A DNA stretch of 64,000 bases from Octopus vulgaris. Lineage: Eukaryota. The DNA lies in NCBI GenBank assembly GCA_951406725.2, contig OX597815.1:37758001-37822000 (forward strand), given 5' to 3'. The notes beneath the pieces are model-generated. The model saw nothing but the letters and a program-made list of their open reading frames with translations, did not search any database and was not told the origin of the DNA. Numbering within the stretch: the stretch's first letter is position 1; the number at the start of each line of letters is the position of its first letter. The translations under genes and the position numbers were made by a program. Below are positions 38,841 to 51,428 of the stretch, piece after piece.

Positions 38841-40549
38841 TGTTTTGATATTACTTAAGAGTTCTTGACCGCTGTTCTAGGCACGCATGAGCTCACATAT
38901 CTTGGATCGTCATTTGTATTTTTATTGAGCACGAAATGGAAAAAACTAAAAAGGAAAGCCAGGTGTTGAGAGGTTTAAACTCAGCACGTGAAGAGATGAG
39001 CGAAATGCTACAAAACATTTAGTCCACTGCCGTACCAGTTATATTAATCTATTAACCTTTATAAGTAGGCAACGAAATGATATCCTAGAATATTCAAAAT
39101 AAATCTGAACTCATATTATATTTATAACTAACAAATCCAGAAATAATATTCATTAATAATAACTGTTTTAGTTTAGTTGGATTGCCATAAAGGCGATTAC
39201 CAAGGCAGCAGATGTTGTTTTAAAGGTAGCTATGGACCAAGAAATATGAGACATGAAAAAGGTAGCGCTGTTTGTACAGAAACTGGGTTGTGATAATTCC
39301 TAATGCTTTGCCTGAACCAGAGTTTCTAAATGTCGAAAGGCTCGAACTACTTAATGACTCTACATATCACTAATGATGATGTATTTATGCGCATGTTATA
39401 TAGTATATGAGAATATGCGAAGTAACAATTATTTACTTACTTTATATATATGTGTATATATATATCCGAAATTTAGATTCTTTAATTACTGCATTGGATT
39501 ATATAATTAAGTAAACTTGATAAGATTTCGCTGATCATTGTCTTTCTTTTAGAGGTATAGATATGCTGTTTTTCTTTTGTCCATACAATCAAAAATGTTT
39601 CGAGTCGTAGACTCCTTCTTTATCCATAGAGACATTACCTCTTGAAGCAACATGTTATATTCTTCAGTGAATTACAAAATAATCAGTTTTCAGATTCTCG
39701 TCATTATTGAACATATTACATTTCTTTCTCCATCTAAACATTTTAATTACTTGCTCTCTTATAAACTACACAACTTTAGCGGCCTCTAGCTGTGCAACTG
39801 AATCGTCGTCATAATCAAATCTTTCTTTTCGCTGATCAATATTTAAGAATAGTAACAAAAGACACTTCACTTAAGTAATTCCAAATGGGTTTGAATGAGA
39901 ACGTAACATTTGGCAATGCGATTTACATAATACAAAGTGTCTCAGAATCTGTGCTGGGAAGATAAATGCACCCAAGCCTGTTGATGATGTTTCCTGAACG
40001 CATCACTGATATAGTACAAATTGCTTCGGAATGCTAATTCCAGCATTCAGTAAAATCTGTACCCGAGATAATTTTGAAGGCTCAAGTGAACAAGAGGATG
40101 ATTCCCTTTACGCATTGTTTTCTTTGATTACATTTATCTTGGAATTGAACAAAAGAAAACGTACGAAATCAGCCAAGTAATTTATTGTCTAAGAAGCTAA
40201 TTTAACGATTACATTTTGGAAAACGGAAACTGTTATATAATGGAGATTTTTACTGAATGCGATAAATATGATCAGCATTCAATAAAAAGACATTGAATAA
40301 CAAATAGATCAATCGCCGTTTGTTAGTATGAAAGATGAAAGACATCAAATGTAATTTCTGTTTTATTTGAAATAACTTGGTGGAATTTAAATAAGTGATG
40401 GTAACTAATTACATCAATCAACTAATCGGATTAATGGTTTTATAAGATGCTGCTTCATAATAGATTGTTCCTCTCGGGCCTCATAGCTTCGTCGAGATTT
40501 AAAAGTTGCCTGAAAGAACACAACAATAACTATGCAATGTGAGTGTTCA

Positions 40550-40943
40550 GCGTGGCTGTGTGGTAAGTAGCTTGCTAACCAACCACATGGTTCCGGGTTC
40601 AGTCCCACTGCGTGGCATCTTGGGCTAGTGTCTTCTGCTATAGCCCCGGGCCGACCAATGCCTTGTGAGTGGATTTGGTAGACGGAAACTGAAAGAAGCC
40701 TGTCGTATATATGTATATATATATATAAGTGTGTGTGTATATGTTTGTGTGTCTGTGTTTGTCCCCCTAGCATTACTTGACAACCGATGCTGGTGTGTTT
40801 ACGTCCCCGTCACTTAGCGGTTCGGCAAAAGAGACCGATAGAATAAGTACTGGGCTTACAAAGAATAAGTCCCGGGGTCGATTTGCTCGACTAAAGGCGG
40901 TGCTCCAGCATGGCTGCAGTCAAATGACTGAAACAAGTAAACA
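40550..40943 (+). mobile_element. SINE family A, near full length, with internal (TA)/(TG) tract
   Basis: GTGGCTGTGTGGTAAGTAGC...GGTTCAGTCCC...GAAAGAAGCC-(TA)n-...GGGGTCGATTTGCTCGACTAAAGGCGGTGCTCCAGCATGG...GAAACAAGTAAA. Confidence 0.92.
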
Positions 40944-41036
40944 ATATATATATATATATATATGTGCACATACTTATACATACATATACAAGTATGTGCT
41001 AGTGTGTACGGTGCGTGTTTGTGTGTGTATGAGTGT

Positions 41037-41075
<39 letters not shown>

Positions 41076-41695
41076 GGGGAGGAGAATGATTAAGTGACTG
41101 TGGGTAAGAAGACACTCATGTTTATTAGCACTTCGGCTAATAAACATTTAAATACTCTTGTTCATGGATTGAGTTCTAATTCATCTGCCTAGAAGGCGAA
41201 CATATCCGTACATTATCTTATTAACATAGAACTGGTGGCAGCGGTGATACATTAACATTTTTTCTATTTAAGACGCCAGAATGTAGTAATAGAGAGGACG
41301 ATTATTAAATGTATGTTGTATATGAAAATATTATATAAGTGTCTGGTTGTAAACATATGTATTTTTCGTAAATATGTACTTGCATATTACATACATACAC
41401 ACACACACAGAGACAGACAGACACACACACACATATATATACGTGCATATTTGTCAACAAAGTGCCAAAGGACTTGAACCTGAATCCTTTGGATACCGGC
41501 TGAGTACTCTGCCAGCAAGCTAAACTGTCACATGGCTGTTCGTGGATAACTTTTTTCTGTTTTATTAGGGTATTAATACCCAGTCTTTTTACTGTTGATA
41601 CTGCGTTCGAAATACTAACTTGTCTGTACAATACAATTCGACGCTTCTGAATACAAAATAAAGAGATTGTTTACACATGGTGTTGTTGTGTTGTA

Positions 41696-42037
41696 TATAT
41701 ATAAAATATAAATTAGCGATAAAACCACTATTATGCAACTCAAACTGTGATAGACATAAACCAAAATATAAATAACAAATAAAATATATTTTTATAAAAC
41801 ATATAACTTATAACTAGATCTCAAAAAGTATAAAAATGAATGATCAATATATAATAAGTTTTTTCACTTATTACTTATTTCTTATATATTGATCAATCAT
41901 TTTTATACTTTTTAAGATCTAGTTATAAGTTATATGTTTTATAAAAATATGTTATTTGTTATTTATGTTTTGGTTTATGTCTATCACTGTTTGAGTTGCA
42001 TAATAGTGGTTTTATCTCTAATTTATATTTTATATAT
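41696..42037. repeat. AT-rich long palindrome (~160-nt arms, ~20-nt spacer)
   Basis: 41696-41858 and 41881-42037 are near reverse complements. Confidence 0.9.
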
Positions 42038-42103
42038 TTATACTGGGAAATTTGATTTAATACTAAATTGAAATTCTCCTTATAAGTTTGGAGTTATACA
42101 CCC

Positions 42104-42181
<78 letters not shown>
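42104..42181. repeat. (TAA)n tract, 5' flank of the R4/Dong insertion
   Basis: Direct reading. Confidence 0.97.
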
Positions 42182-42244
42182 GGCTGAATATAATATAATA
42201 ACAAAGGCTGAATATAATAATAATAACAAAGGCTGAATATAATA

Positions 42245-44410
42245 ATAATAACAAAGGCTGAACAAGCACCTGGACGAAAACAAACTGTTCCCAGAAGAGC
42301 AGAAAGGATGCCGCAAAGGCTCATATGGCTGTAAAGATCAACTAATGATTAATAAAGCCATAACTGAAGACAACCACAGAAAGAAGAAAGGCCTCAGTAT
42401 GGCCTGGATTGACTACAAAAAGGCGTTTGATAGCATCCCCCACACATGGATCCTCGAAACACTAGCCATTAACAAAGTAGCACCAACAATCATAAAATTC
42501 ATAGAGCACTCTATGAATAAATGGCAAACAGTCCTACACCTCCAAACAAAAGAGGGACTCATGAAAACCAAAGACATCCCCATTAGAAGAGGAATATTCC
42601 AGGGAGATACGCTCTCGCCACTCCTTTTCTGCTTAGCACTGTCACCTCTATCTGATATGCTAAATAGAACTGGATGCGGATATAAATGTTACGGCAAAAC
42701 GATCAGCCACCTTTTATATATGGATGACCTAAAACTATACGCTGCAAATGACAAACAGCTGGAAACACTATTAAAGACAGTTCATGGATTTACCAAAGAA
42801 ATAGATATGAAATTTGGATTAGAAAAATGCGCCAAAGTAACCATGAAAAGAGGAAAACTAGTTAAGAGTAACAACATCACACTAGATAAAACCAATGAAA
42901 TAAAAGAATTAGACCAAAGCCAAACTTACAAATACTTAGGAATCCATGAACTAGATAAGACACAACACACACAAATGAAAGAGAAAATAAAAAAAGAATA
43001 TTATAGACGAGTTAGATCAATACTAAAAACAGAGCTCAATGCTAAAAACAAGATAATAGGTATCAACACTTTAGCTGTCCCAGTTATAAGTTACAGCTAC
43101 AATATCCTTAACTGGACACGAAATGAACTGACCAAAATAGACAGGAAAACAAGAAAAATAATGACAGGATCTAGGATGCATCACCCAAAATCTGACATAG
43201 AAAGACTATATATACAACGTATAGAAGGTGGTAGAGGCCTTATACAGCTGGAAAACTACTATAAAATAACCACCATAGGACTGCAAAAATATCTACTTCA
43301 GAAGGAAGGAAAACTGATCCAGATAGCGGCAAAACACGAGCAAAACAAAAAAACTGTTCTCAGTATTTAAGGAAGCTGACAAATACAAACAAGAAATCAT
43401 ACCACCTAATAAACATGAAGAAGATGAAGAAGATGAAGAAGATGAAGAAACAACAAAAGCTATAAAAAAAATGAAATCCAAACTAAAAATAGAACAGCAA
43501 CGAACCATGATAAAACGATGGCAAGAAAAGCCCCTTCATGGTAAATACTGGACTAAACTAAACGCAAAAGAAATAGACAAAGAAAAATCCCAGCAATGGT
43601 TGAGAAGCTCAGGACTCAAAGCAGAAACAGAGGGATTTTTAATTGCAGCACAAGACCAAAGCCTCCCCACCAGAAATTACCAAAAACATGTAATGAAAAG
43701 AAATATTACAAGTAACTGCAGAATATGTGGAGATGGACAAGAAACAATAAATCATATTATCTCTAGCTGCCCAGTCCTGGCTAAGAAGGAATATATTCAC
43801 AGACATGACAGAGTTGGAACTTACATACATTGGAAGCTATGCCAACATTATGGAATAACAACAGAAAAAAGATGGTATAGGCACACACCAGAAAAGGTCA
43901 CAGAAAACGAGAAAGCAACCATACTCTGGGATATGCCGATACACACAGATAGAGAAATTAAGGCCAACAGACCAGATATAGTTGTCAGAGACCATGAAGA
44001 AAAAAATGCTTTCTAATTGATGTATCAGTACCGGCAGATGACAACGTGTCTCTAAAAGAAATGGAGAAACTCTCAAAATACAAAGACCTGGAAATAGAGG
44101 TAACTAGAATGTGGAATCTGAAAACAGAAAGAATTCCTATCATAGTAGGTGCATTAGGCATGATAAAAAAATATTCAGACAAATACATAACAAAAACACC
44201 AGGACTTACAAACACATATAACATACAGAAAATTGCACTACTAGGCACTGCACACATCCTACGCAGAACACTTTCCATACAATAACCATCAGAGCATCAA
44301 AACAAATCACAGCACATACCCAAGGCACACAGAGCTGCGCTCGGTAGTGAAGTGAAAGCACGCTATAAAAATAAAAATAAAACTACTGAATAATAATAAT
44401 AATAATAATA
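42245..44410 (+). mobile_element. 5'-truncated R4/Dong-clade LINE (RT + CCHC + restriction-like endonuclease) inserted in (TAA)n
   Basis: EEQKGC, WIDYKKAFDSIPH, GIFQGDTLSP, LLYMDDLKL, CRICGDGQETINHIISSC, RHD, RPDIV, KLSKYKDL; only two frameshifts, both in A runs; 3' tail (TAA)n. Confidence 0.96.
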
Positions 44411-44422
44411 TATATTTATATA

Positions 44423-44461
<39 letters not shown>

Positions 44462-44468
<7 letters not shown>

Positions 44469-45150
44469 TGAGGGTACTACTATTCGTAGATACCAAACGC
44501 TAAGAGGGACCAATGCGGTAAAAACTACTAAAATAAACAAAACTTTACCGAATGCAAAACTTCAAAGCAAATCATTTAAAAAAAGAATTTAGTTACATAT
44601 CACCTGTGATTTCGCAATTAATGCAGAATATGCATTCTATGTTCATCAGTGCAACACACTCAAGATATATAAGAAAAAACATAACGTTACAAGCTCGATA
44701 GCCAACCGTAGAATTCGTCGTAGCATGTACGAATATTTATCTTTACATATCTATGAAAATGGCGGGCTTATTCGCAATGCATTTTGGTTTTAAATTGCTT
44801 ACTCGGAATAAAAATTCAGTATTGAACTATTCCGGTGAAAAATATAAATTAACAATTGAGGATTCTTTAAAAAAAATTATCAGTAGTTAGCGTGAAAAAC
44901 CTCGTAAGAGAAAAAATCCGTAAATTTTTCCACTTTGAAAATATTTATTTATATTATATTGAGGGTACTACTATTCGTTTTGACCTTATTGGTCCTTCTT
45001 AGCGTTTGGTATCTACGAATAGTAGTACCCTCAATATAATATAAATAAATATTTTCAAATTGGAAAAATTTACGGATTTTTCTCTTACGAGGTTTTTCAC
45101 GCTAAGTACTGATAATTTCTTTTAAATATTTTATCCTCAATTGTTAATTT
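44462..45150. mobile_element. Penelope-type tandem-plus-inverted terminal repeat insert with hammerhead
   Basis: 44840-44978 is inverted at ~45015-45150; 44462-44525 is inverted at ~44978-45040; flanked by (TA)n. Confidence 0.8.
44592..44655 (-). ncRNA. Type I hammerhead ribozyme motif
   Basis: Minus GTTGCA-CTGATGA-[stem II, weak base]-GAAA-TCACAGGTGA-TA-TGTAAC; 6-bp stem I with one GU pair, AUA triplet. Confidence 0.7.
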
Positions 45151-45155
45151 ATATA

Positions 45156-45262
<107 letters not shown>

Positions 45263-45269
45263 GCAACAC

Positions 45270-45660
45270 ATGACCACGCACACATTAGCATTGACCACTT
45301 CCCAGACCCACATTTTCCCACCTACACATACACACATACATACGCACACGTCAAGATCACCAGCTCTCTTCCACACGCACATAAAACTCTCTTATACACA
45401 TGCACGTGCACCTTCCTTTTTGGATCACCACCACTTTATTATCTCCCCTTCTCCCTAGCTCTCTTGTGTGACATTTCTCTCCGGCCTTTGCCATGGTAGT
45501 TCTCTAGCCACTACACATGCTTTACTTTTTTCTCTTTATTTCTGTGTTCCTTTCTGTGGAAGAGCGCAGGCTCGAAACATTAAAGACTTTTTCACTTCTC
45601 GACACATCTGTTTGTTGTCTATACCACCTGTTATCGACTTTTGTTTTTTTTGTGAATTCT

Positions 45661-45663
<3 letters not shown>
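45270..45663 (+). mobile_element. Penelope-type 3' terminal fragment with variant hammerhead, between (TA)n tracts
   Basis: CTTT-CTGTGGAA-GAGC-GCAG-GCTC-GAAA-CATT-AAAG at 45550-45585; homologous to 14588-14726. Confidence 0.7.
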
Positions 45664-45712
<49 letters not shown>

Positions 45713-46039
45713 CTGAGTATACTTACATGTATACAAACAAAAGCATGCATACACGTGTATTACATGACGGAAGACGGAGTAACAGATTTTTCACAATTGT
45801 CACAACCTATTCTCCTGTCGTGTAGTTTATCCAAAATCTATGACCATTATAATTTACATACCTGTAACAGAGGTTAATATGTGTAGTAACACTAATTTTC
45901 TTCCTAGATATCTATTTTGGAGTTTTGCTGAACATGTGTAATGCTCACTCATTGGCTGCGCTAAACTCTTTACTATGCGCTTTAAAACGTGTATATAAAT
46001 ACATACATACATACATACATACATACATACATACATACA

Positions 46040-46071
<32 letters not shown>

Positions 46072-46366
46072 CGCACTTGCGTGTGTGGACGCGTTTGTGT
46101 AAAGAACACATTCCAAACTGATATAATAAATTGTAAAATTGCTTTTAAGCTGAAATTATTACTTTCAGAAATATGTTTTTCATATATACAAGCATTTCTT
46201 TCTATGTTTCCAGTGATAGCATTGAAACCTACTTGTCTAATTGGTGAGATAATTAATATTGAAGTTCAATATAATGTGGTTCAAACTATATGACACATCA
46301 TGAAGCAATAGAGAAGTATGAGAAATATGTTACCAAAAAAAATAGAATCTACACGTGGAAATGTAA

Positions 46367-46460
46367 GGGGAAAGTAGGAAGAAAAATAAACGAAAATGCA
46401 CAATGGAAATGAAAAGAAGTAAAGGATTTTTATGAAAAGTAACGATAGATATATATATAA
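46367..46460 (-). mobile_element. Fragment homologous to the 3' flank of the Helitron helicase remnant
   Basis: GGGAAAGTA...CGAAAATGCACA...TTTTTATGAAAAGTAACGATA matches 12210-12298. Confidence 0.7.
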
Positions 46461-49452
46461 TTAGATGAGCGGAGGTAGGAATAAAAGTAATAAAAGTCAT
46501 TATTGTGAATTGTTAACTTCTGGTGTGTTATGCGAATTATGTCAATTAAGCAATATTAAAATTTCTGATTCAAAGACATATATATATATATATATATGTA
46601 ATTACTCATACATGATATGAGTACAAGAGGTAGTCAGCACAGATTAAACAGATATTAAGTAACTTAAGATGTGGCAAAAGAGATAGTAAATATAATTTAT
46701 CGGAACCAGTTGATTCGTACAGCTAAGCACACCTTGTGATGACTTGATGAATGAAGAATTCTGTTCGAAGCCACATCTATGTTATTGCAATAAACGAAGT
46801 AAAAAGAAAGAATGCTTAACAGCATAAGCTGCAATTGATTTTCAAACTATAATAGCTACAGACGGTTACAAAAAGTTTTGCACAAGAAACTGCAAAATGT
46901 CAGCGCAAACTTATTGGTGTCAAAACGATAATACTTCGCTAAAGTTATGTTCAGTGCTGAACATAAGATCGAAGGTGTTTGGAGTAAATGTGTGGTGTCC
47001 TGATCAATAGTACGAATAAGTAGTGAAACTGTTTATAAAAGATTTTATAACAGAAAACCATTCTTCTTTTGCACCAGCAGCATCTGTATAGTGTGAGTGC
47101 GAAAGCCAAGGAAGGTGTGACTATTGATGTCAATGACTGCATTGAATTCAGAAAAATAGTTTGAAATTCACTGTGGAATAGTTTCCAGTGACTGGAGTAA
47201 AAATATATGGAATATTTACTACATAGCACAAACATTTGGATTTTAGTATTCAATATAAAATAATATACTATGAGGTAAAATGAATATGAAATAAAATAAT
47301 ATGAGGTAAAATGTTTCCTATATGTTCTAAAAGGATTACTCAATACACAGTTGCAGCTGATTATACAGTGCTTTAGACGGTGAATCTTTAATGAAATAAG
47401 ATTAGTCAGTTCGGTTGCATTGAAAGACCCGATTCATTGTTGTTAACCGCCCGGCCTAGTTTCAGTATATATATTTATTCATAATTTTCGCTTTATAGGG
47501 CTTGGCTCTTAAACTTCTAAGAGTACATAAATCTTATGATGCCGAACCGAATCGTGTTTGTATTTGTTATAAAGTAGTACGACAGCACTTAATTTGGATA
47601 GTTTGAAACTAGGACGCTCTGTCCTTATTCCAAGCAGTTGATACCTATCTAATCTATACTATTAATTCAGTACTGAATTTGTTAATTCCCTATATTTGCA
47701 TATTTACTATTGATTATACTACAAGTGTGTATGCATTTCCCAAATTGAATATGAAAGCGTTTTGATTTTAAAGTAGATGTTTTTAACTAACATTGACACT
47801 GATTCATTACACTGTCTACCTATAGTTCTTTGACAAAATTAGTGAAAATTATTCTAAATTAAATTTGACTGCGTTTTATAGAGTTGGAATATTTTGCTTT
47901 ATAGGAGCTATTTATAAATTAGTGAAAGCACAGAATTTTAGGTAAAACATTAAATGTATAAAATAAAAATATTTGCTCTGCAATTATATTTAACCCGTAC
48001 AGAGTCCTCTGTGACACTCTTTGGAATTGTCATTTTCTTGATCATTCAATCAGGAATTTTCTTCCTCTCCCTTTCTCTCTCTCTCTCTCTCTCACTTAAA
48101 AACGCACTTGTAGAAATATAGATATAACTCCTAGCACACAACTGACGGATGGATTTGAGGTCCTATTTAGAATATATAATTTAAGACGTGAGGATAGGAG
48201 CTTGAACTAAGTACACAAAGAGGACTTTTAAATTAGGAAATTAGTGGTAGTCTACGTGGACAAAATCTATTCAGTGCATATTTCTTTTTTGTTCAAGTGA
48301 AAAATCACTCCCAAAATTTTAAAGACATCTTTTCCGCACAGCATAGGAATTTAGACCCCCCCCACCAAGTTACTATGTCATTTTTACTCTCGGTGACATC
48401 TACTATCTCTCGGTGGGCTCTTGCTGATATATAAATTCCATAAAGTGCATCTACATTGCATATCTTATAAGCAACTCTTTGAAGAATAGCTTCAACCACT
48501 TCTCGATAATCATATCTACCAACAACTACCTGAGACTTGTTGGTTGAAATAAATTGCTTTTCTTTATCAGATTAGGTGACACTTTCGAAAAATCAGATTG
48601 TTTTCATCCCCATGCTTACGAACTTATTTAAAGTAACGAACTTTAAATGACAAGCTTTTACTTGACATTGTAAAATAGTTTGATAGTTTGATAGTTTTTG
48701 ACATTTAAAAATTTCGTTATATTACTTTTCCTTGAGTTGGCATTTCTGGTATCCGCTTAAATACTTTCTTGAGGACATTGCTATTCTTCTTTGGGCCTAG
48801 ACCTCCGTGAATTAGGGTAATATTTTCATTAGCCACAAGATAGGAATCAATCAAAATAAGGGAAAGAGGCAGCGAACGCGCTGTTTTCTGATTGGCTGAC
48901 AATTCTGAAAATGATCAAACTTTGAACAACTGTAATATTTTTTCAAAATTTTTCTAGAATCAATGAATCACAAATTCGGATTCAGCGTTAAAAAATACAT
49001 TTATATGATACATTGAAGAATATTTTAAAGATAATTGCAAACAGTGACGAAAACCACAAAGATCAACACAAATTCACAAACTTATTCTGAAAATATCAAA
49101 AAATAAGAAAATTCTTGACTAATTAAATGTTGAAGTATTTTTCTTGGACGGAATAGCTGTCCCACCCTTCGTTATTTTATTGTATTCCCCGTTCTGAAAC
49201 ACATTCAAGACACATTAAAAAGATAAAAATTTCTCCCTTATATCGTACCTCTCACAAAAATTTGTTTTTGTTTTATTTTCGTTTATGAGAAATTATAAAA
49301 AATTCAAGAGATTTCGCTGTTATTTCTAGCATGTGAAGAGACCTTCTAGGCTTAACTTCATGCGGTGGTTGAAAATCAACTAACAAAAATTCTGGGGTCG
49401 ATACTTTCGACTAATAATTCTTCAAGCGGTGCCCTATCATTACCGCAGTCTA

Positions 49453-49596
49453 GTGGCTGTGTGGTAAGTAGCTTGCTTACCAACCACATGGTTCCGGGTT
49501 CAGTCCCACTGCGTGACACGTTGGGCAAGTGTCTTCTACTATAGCCTCGGGTCTACCAAAGCCTTGTGAGTAGACGGAAACTGAAAGAAGCCCGTC

Positions 49597-49661
<65 letters not shown>

Positions 49662-49925
49662 CATGTATATGTATATGTGTGTATATATGTGTGTATATAT
49701 GTGTATATATATATGTGTGGGTGTGTATATGTTTGTATCTCTGTTTGTTCCCCCAGCATCGCTTGACAACCGATGCTGGTTTGTTTACGTCCCTGTAACT
49801 TAGCGGTTCGGCAAAAGAGACCGATAGAATAAGTACTATGCTTACAAAGAATAAGTCCTGGGGTCGATTTGCTCGACTAAAGGCGGTGCCCCAGCATGGC
49901 CGCAGTGAAATGACTGAAACAAGTA
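49453..49925 (+). mobile_element. SINE family A with expanded internal microsatellite
   Basis: Both halves match the 40550 copy. Confidence 0.92.
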
Positions 49926-50569
49926 GATGAGTAAAGTAGAAAAGAGAAAGATAACACACACATATAAACGAAATATACCAGAGATAGTTTTGACTCGACT
50001 TTAAAAAATCCTGGGTTTCATACAGTCAGGTAAAAATACTACAAGTTGGTACCCAAGCTTGGTCACAGTGTAATAACTGCAAGAAGTAAAAAGGAAAGAA
50101 CATTTCTGGGATCAACTAAAAATCTTCAAGGCAGTACTCCAGTATAGCCACCGACTAATGACTGAAATTAGTAAAACGGGGGAAAAAAATAATAATAATC
50201 AAAAATTATAACCGGGCGGGGTTTTGTCCAATTTCACACTTTAACTATGTGGGTTTTGTCCGAGAAGGTTTTGTCGTAGGTTTGTCCTACGCACGTGCGG
50301 AGGACTTACTCCATGAAACAGTTAAGATTGGAGATGTTTGTTTTTTAGAAACATTCAATTTGTAATGTGCTATTTTGTTTTTGGATAAATCTTAACTTTT
50401 CACTATAAGTTTCTTATTTTGAGAAATATTTAATTTGTAATGTGCTGGTTATAGCATTAAATGCATATTGACTGCTTAAAACTATAAAAAAGTGTTGTTT
50501 ACTCCCATTTTTTCCTTGAGGTGGTTGCGAGATGTGCTAAAACATTCAGTCTTTCTTCCTGTTTCTGTT

Positions 50570-50722
50570 GTACTTGTACTTAAAAGTTCCAGTCTTGTCA
50601 CACCCTGTGTCACGCTGAATCTCGTTAAGGTTACATGTGTCTGTGGAGTGCTCAGCAACTTGCACGTTAATTTCACGAGAAAGCTGTTCCGTTGATTGGA
50701 TCAACTGGAACCCTTGTCGTCA
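50570..50722 (+). mobile_element. SINE family C 3' fragment
   Basis: CTTGTCACAC...GTGTCTGTGGAGTGCTCAGC...GATCAACTGGAACC. Confidence 0.8.
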
Positions 50723-50724
50723 TA

Positions 50725-50985
50725 TCTCTCTCTATATAAAGCTAAAGTTGTCTGTGTATGGCAGGTTTGGTAGCCTTCAACTAACACTATCTCCTCAAAA
50801 ACCCTGCGGTGCAAGTTGACCAAAATCGAAAGTATGATAGATGAAGGCTTGTTCTTCCTTCCGTAGAAGACAAAATTCAAATCGGACCATGTTAACACCA
50901 AAAATTATTTACATTAAAAAGGTGCTTTTTTTTCTATGAAAATCCCTATTTTTTATGATTTTTTGACTGCTGTGTCGCCATTTTT
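50725..50985 (+). mobile_element. Probable non-autonomous Helitron 5' fragment
   Basis: Begins A|TCTCTCTCTATATAAAGCT, similar to the 5' end at 25759 (-); no 3' CTAG seen. Confidence 0.5.
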
Positions 50986-51076
50986 CGGCAGAATTTGAAC
51001 TCAAAACGTAACGGTAGACGAAATATGACTAAGCATTTCACCAGGCGTGTTAACGATTCTGTGAGAACGCTGCCTT
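50985..51076 (-). mobile_element. SINE family B 5' fragment
   Basis: Minus GAATCGTTAACACGCCTGGTGAAATGCTTAG...TGAGTTCAAATTC. Confidence 0.75.
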
Positions 51077-51088
51077 CTTTCGTTTTAT

Positions 51089-51428
51089 CTGAGACCCCCT
51101 TCGGTCACGACACAGCCCATGGGATTGCACCTAGAAAGTTACCCTCCCATGCACAAGTCCCGGCAAGGTTGTTTATGGCAGACCAGCAGTGGCCCATTAC
51201 ATACCGGTCTCCCCTCTCCACGCCACCAGTGTTATCCAAGGGAAAAGCAACAGCAAATACAGCTTGGCACCTGTGACCTCGCAACTCATTTCTACAGCTG
51301 AGTGAACTGGAGCAACGTGAAATAAAGTGTCTTGCTCAAGAACACAATACGCAGCCCGGCCTGGGATTCGATCTCACAAACTCACGATCGTAAGCTCGAC
51401 GCACTAACCACTGAGCCATACTCCTTCG
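51089..51428 (-). mobile_element. SINE with family C head and a different 3' tail
   Basis: Head/CORE-like part matches family C; tail ends GTGACCGAAGGGGGTCTC; flanking direct repeat TTCGTTTTAT (51079 and 51425). Confidence 0.85.

Noticed and set aside
42181-42262. CRISPR-like repeat/spacer pattern
   Set aside because: Spacers are near-identical TAA-rich sequence, the context is eukaryotic, and no cas genes are present.
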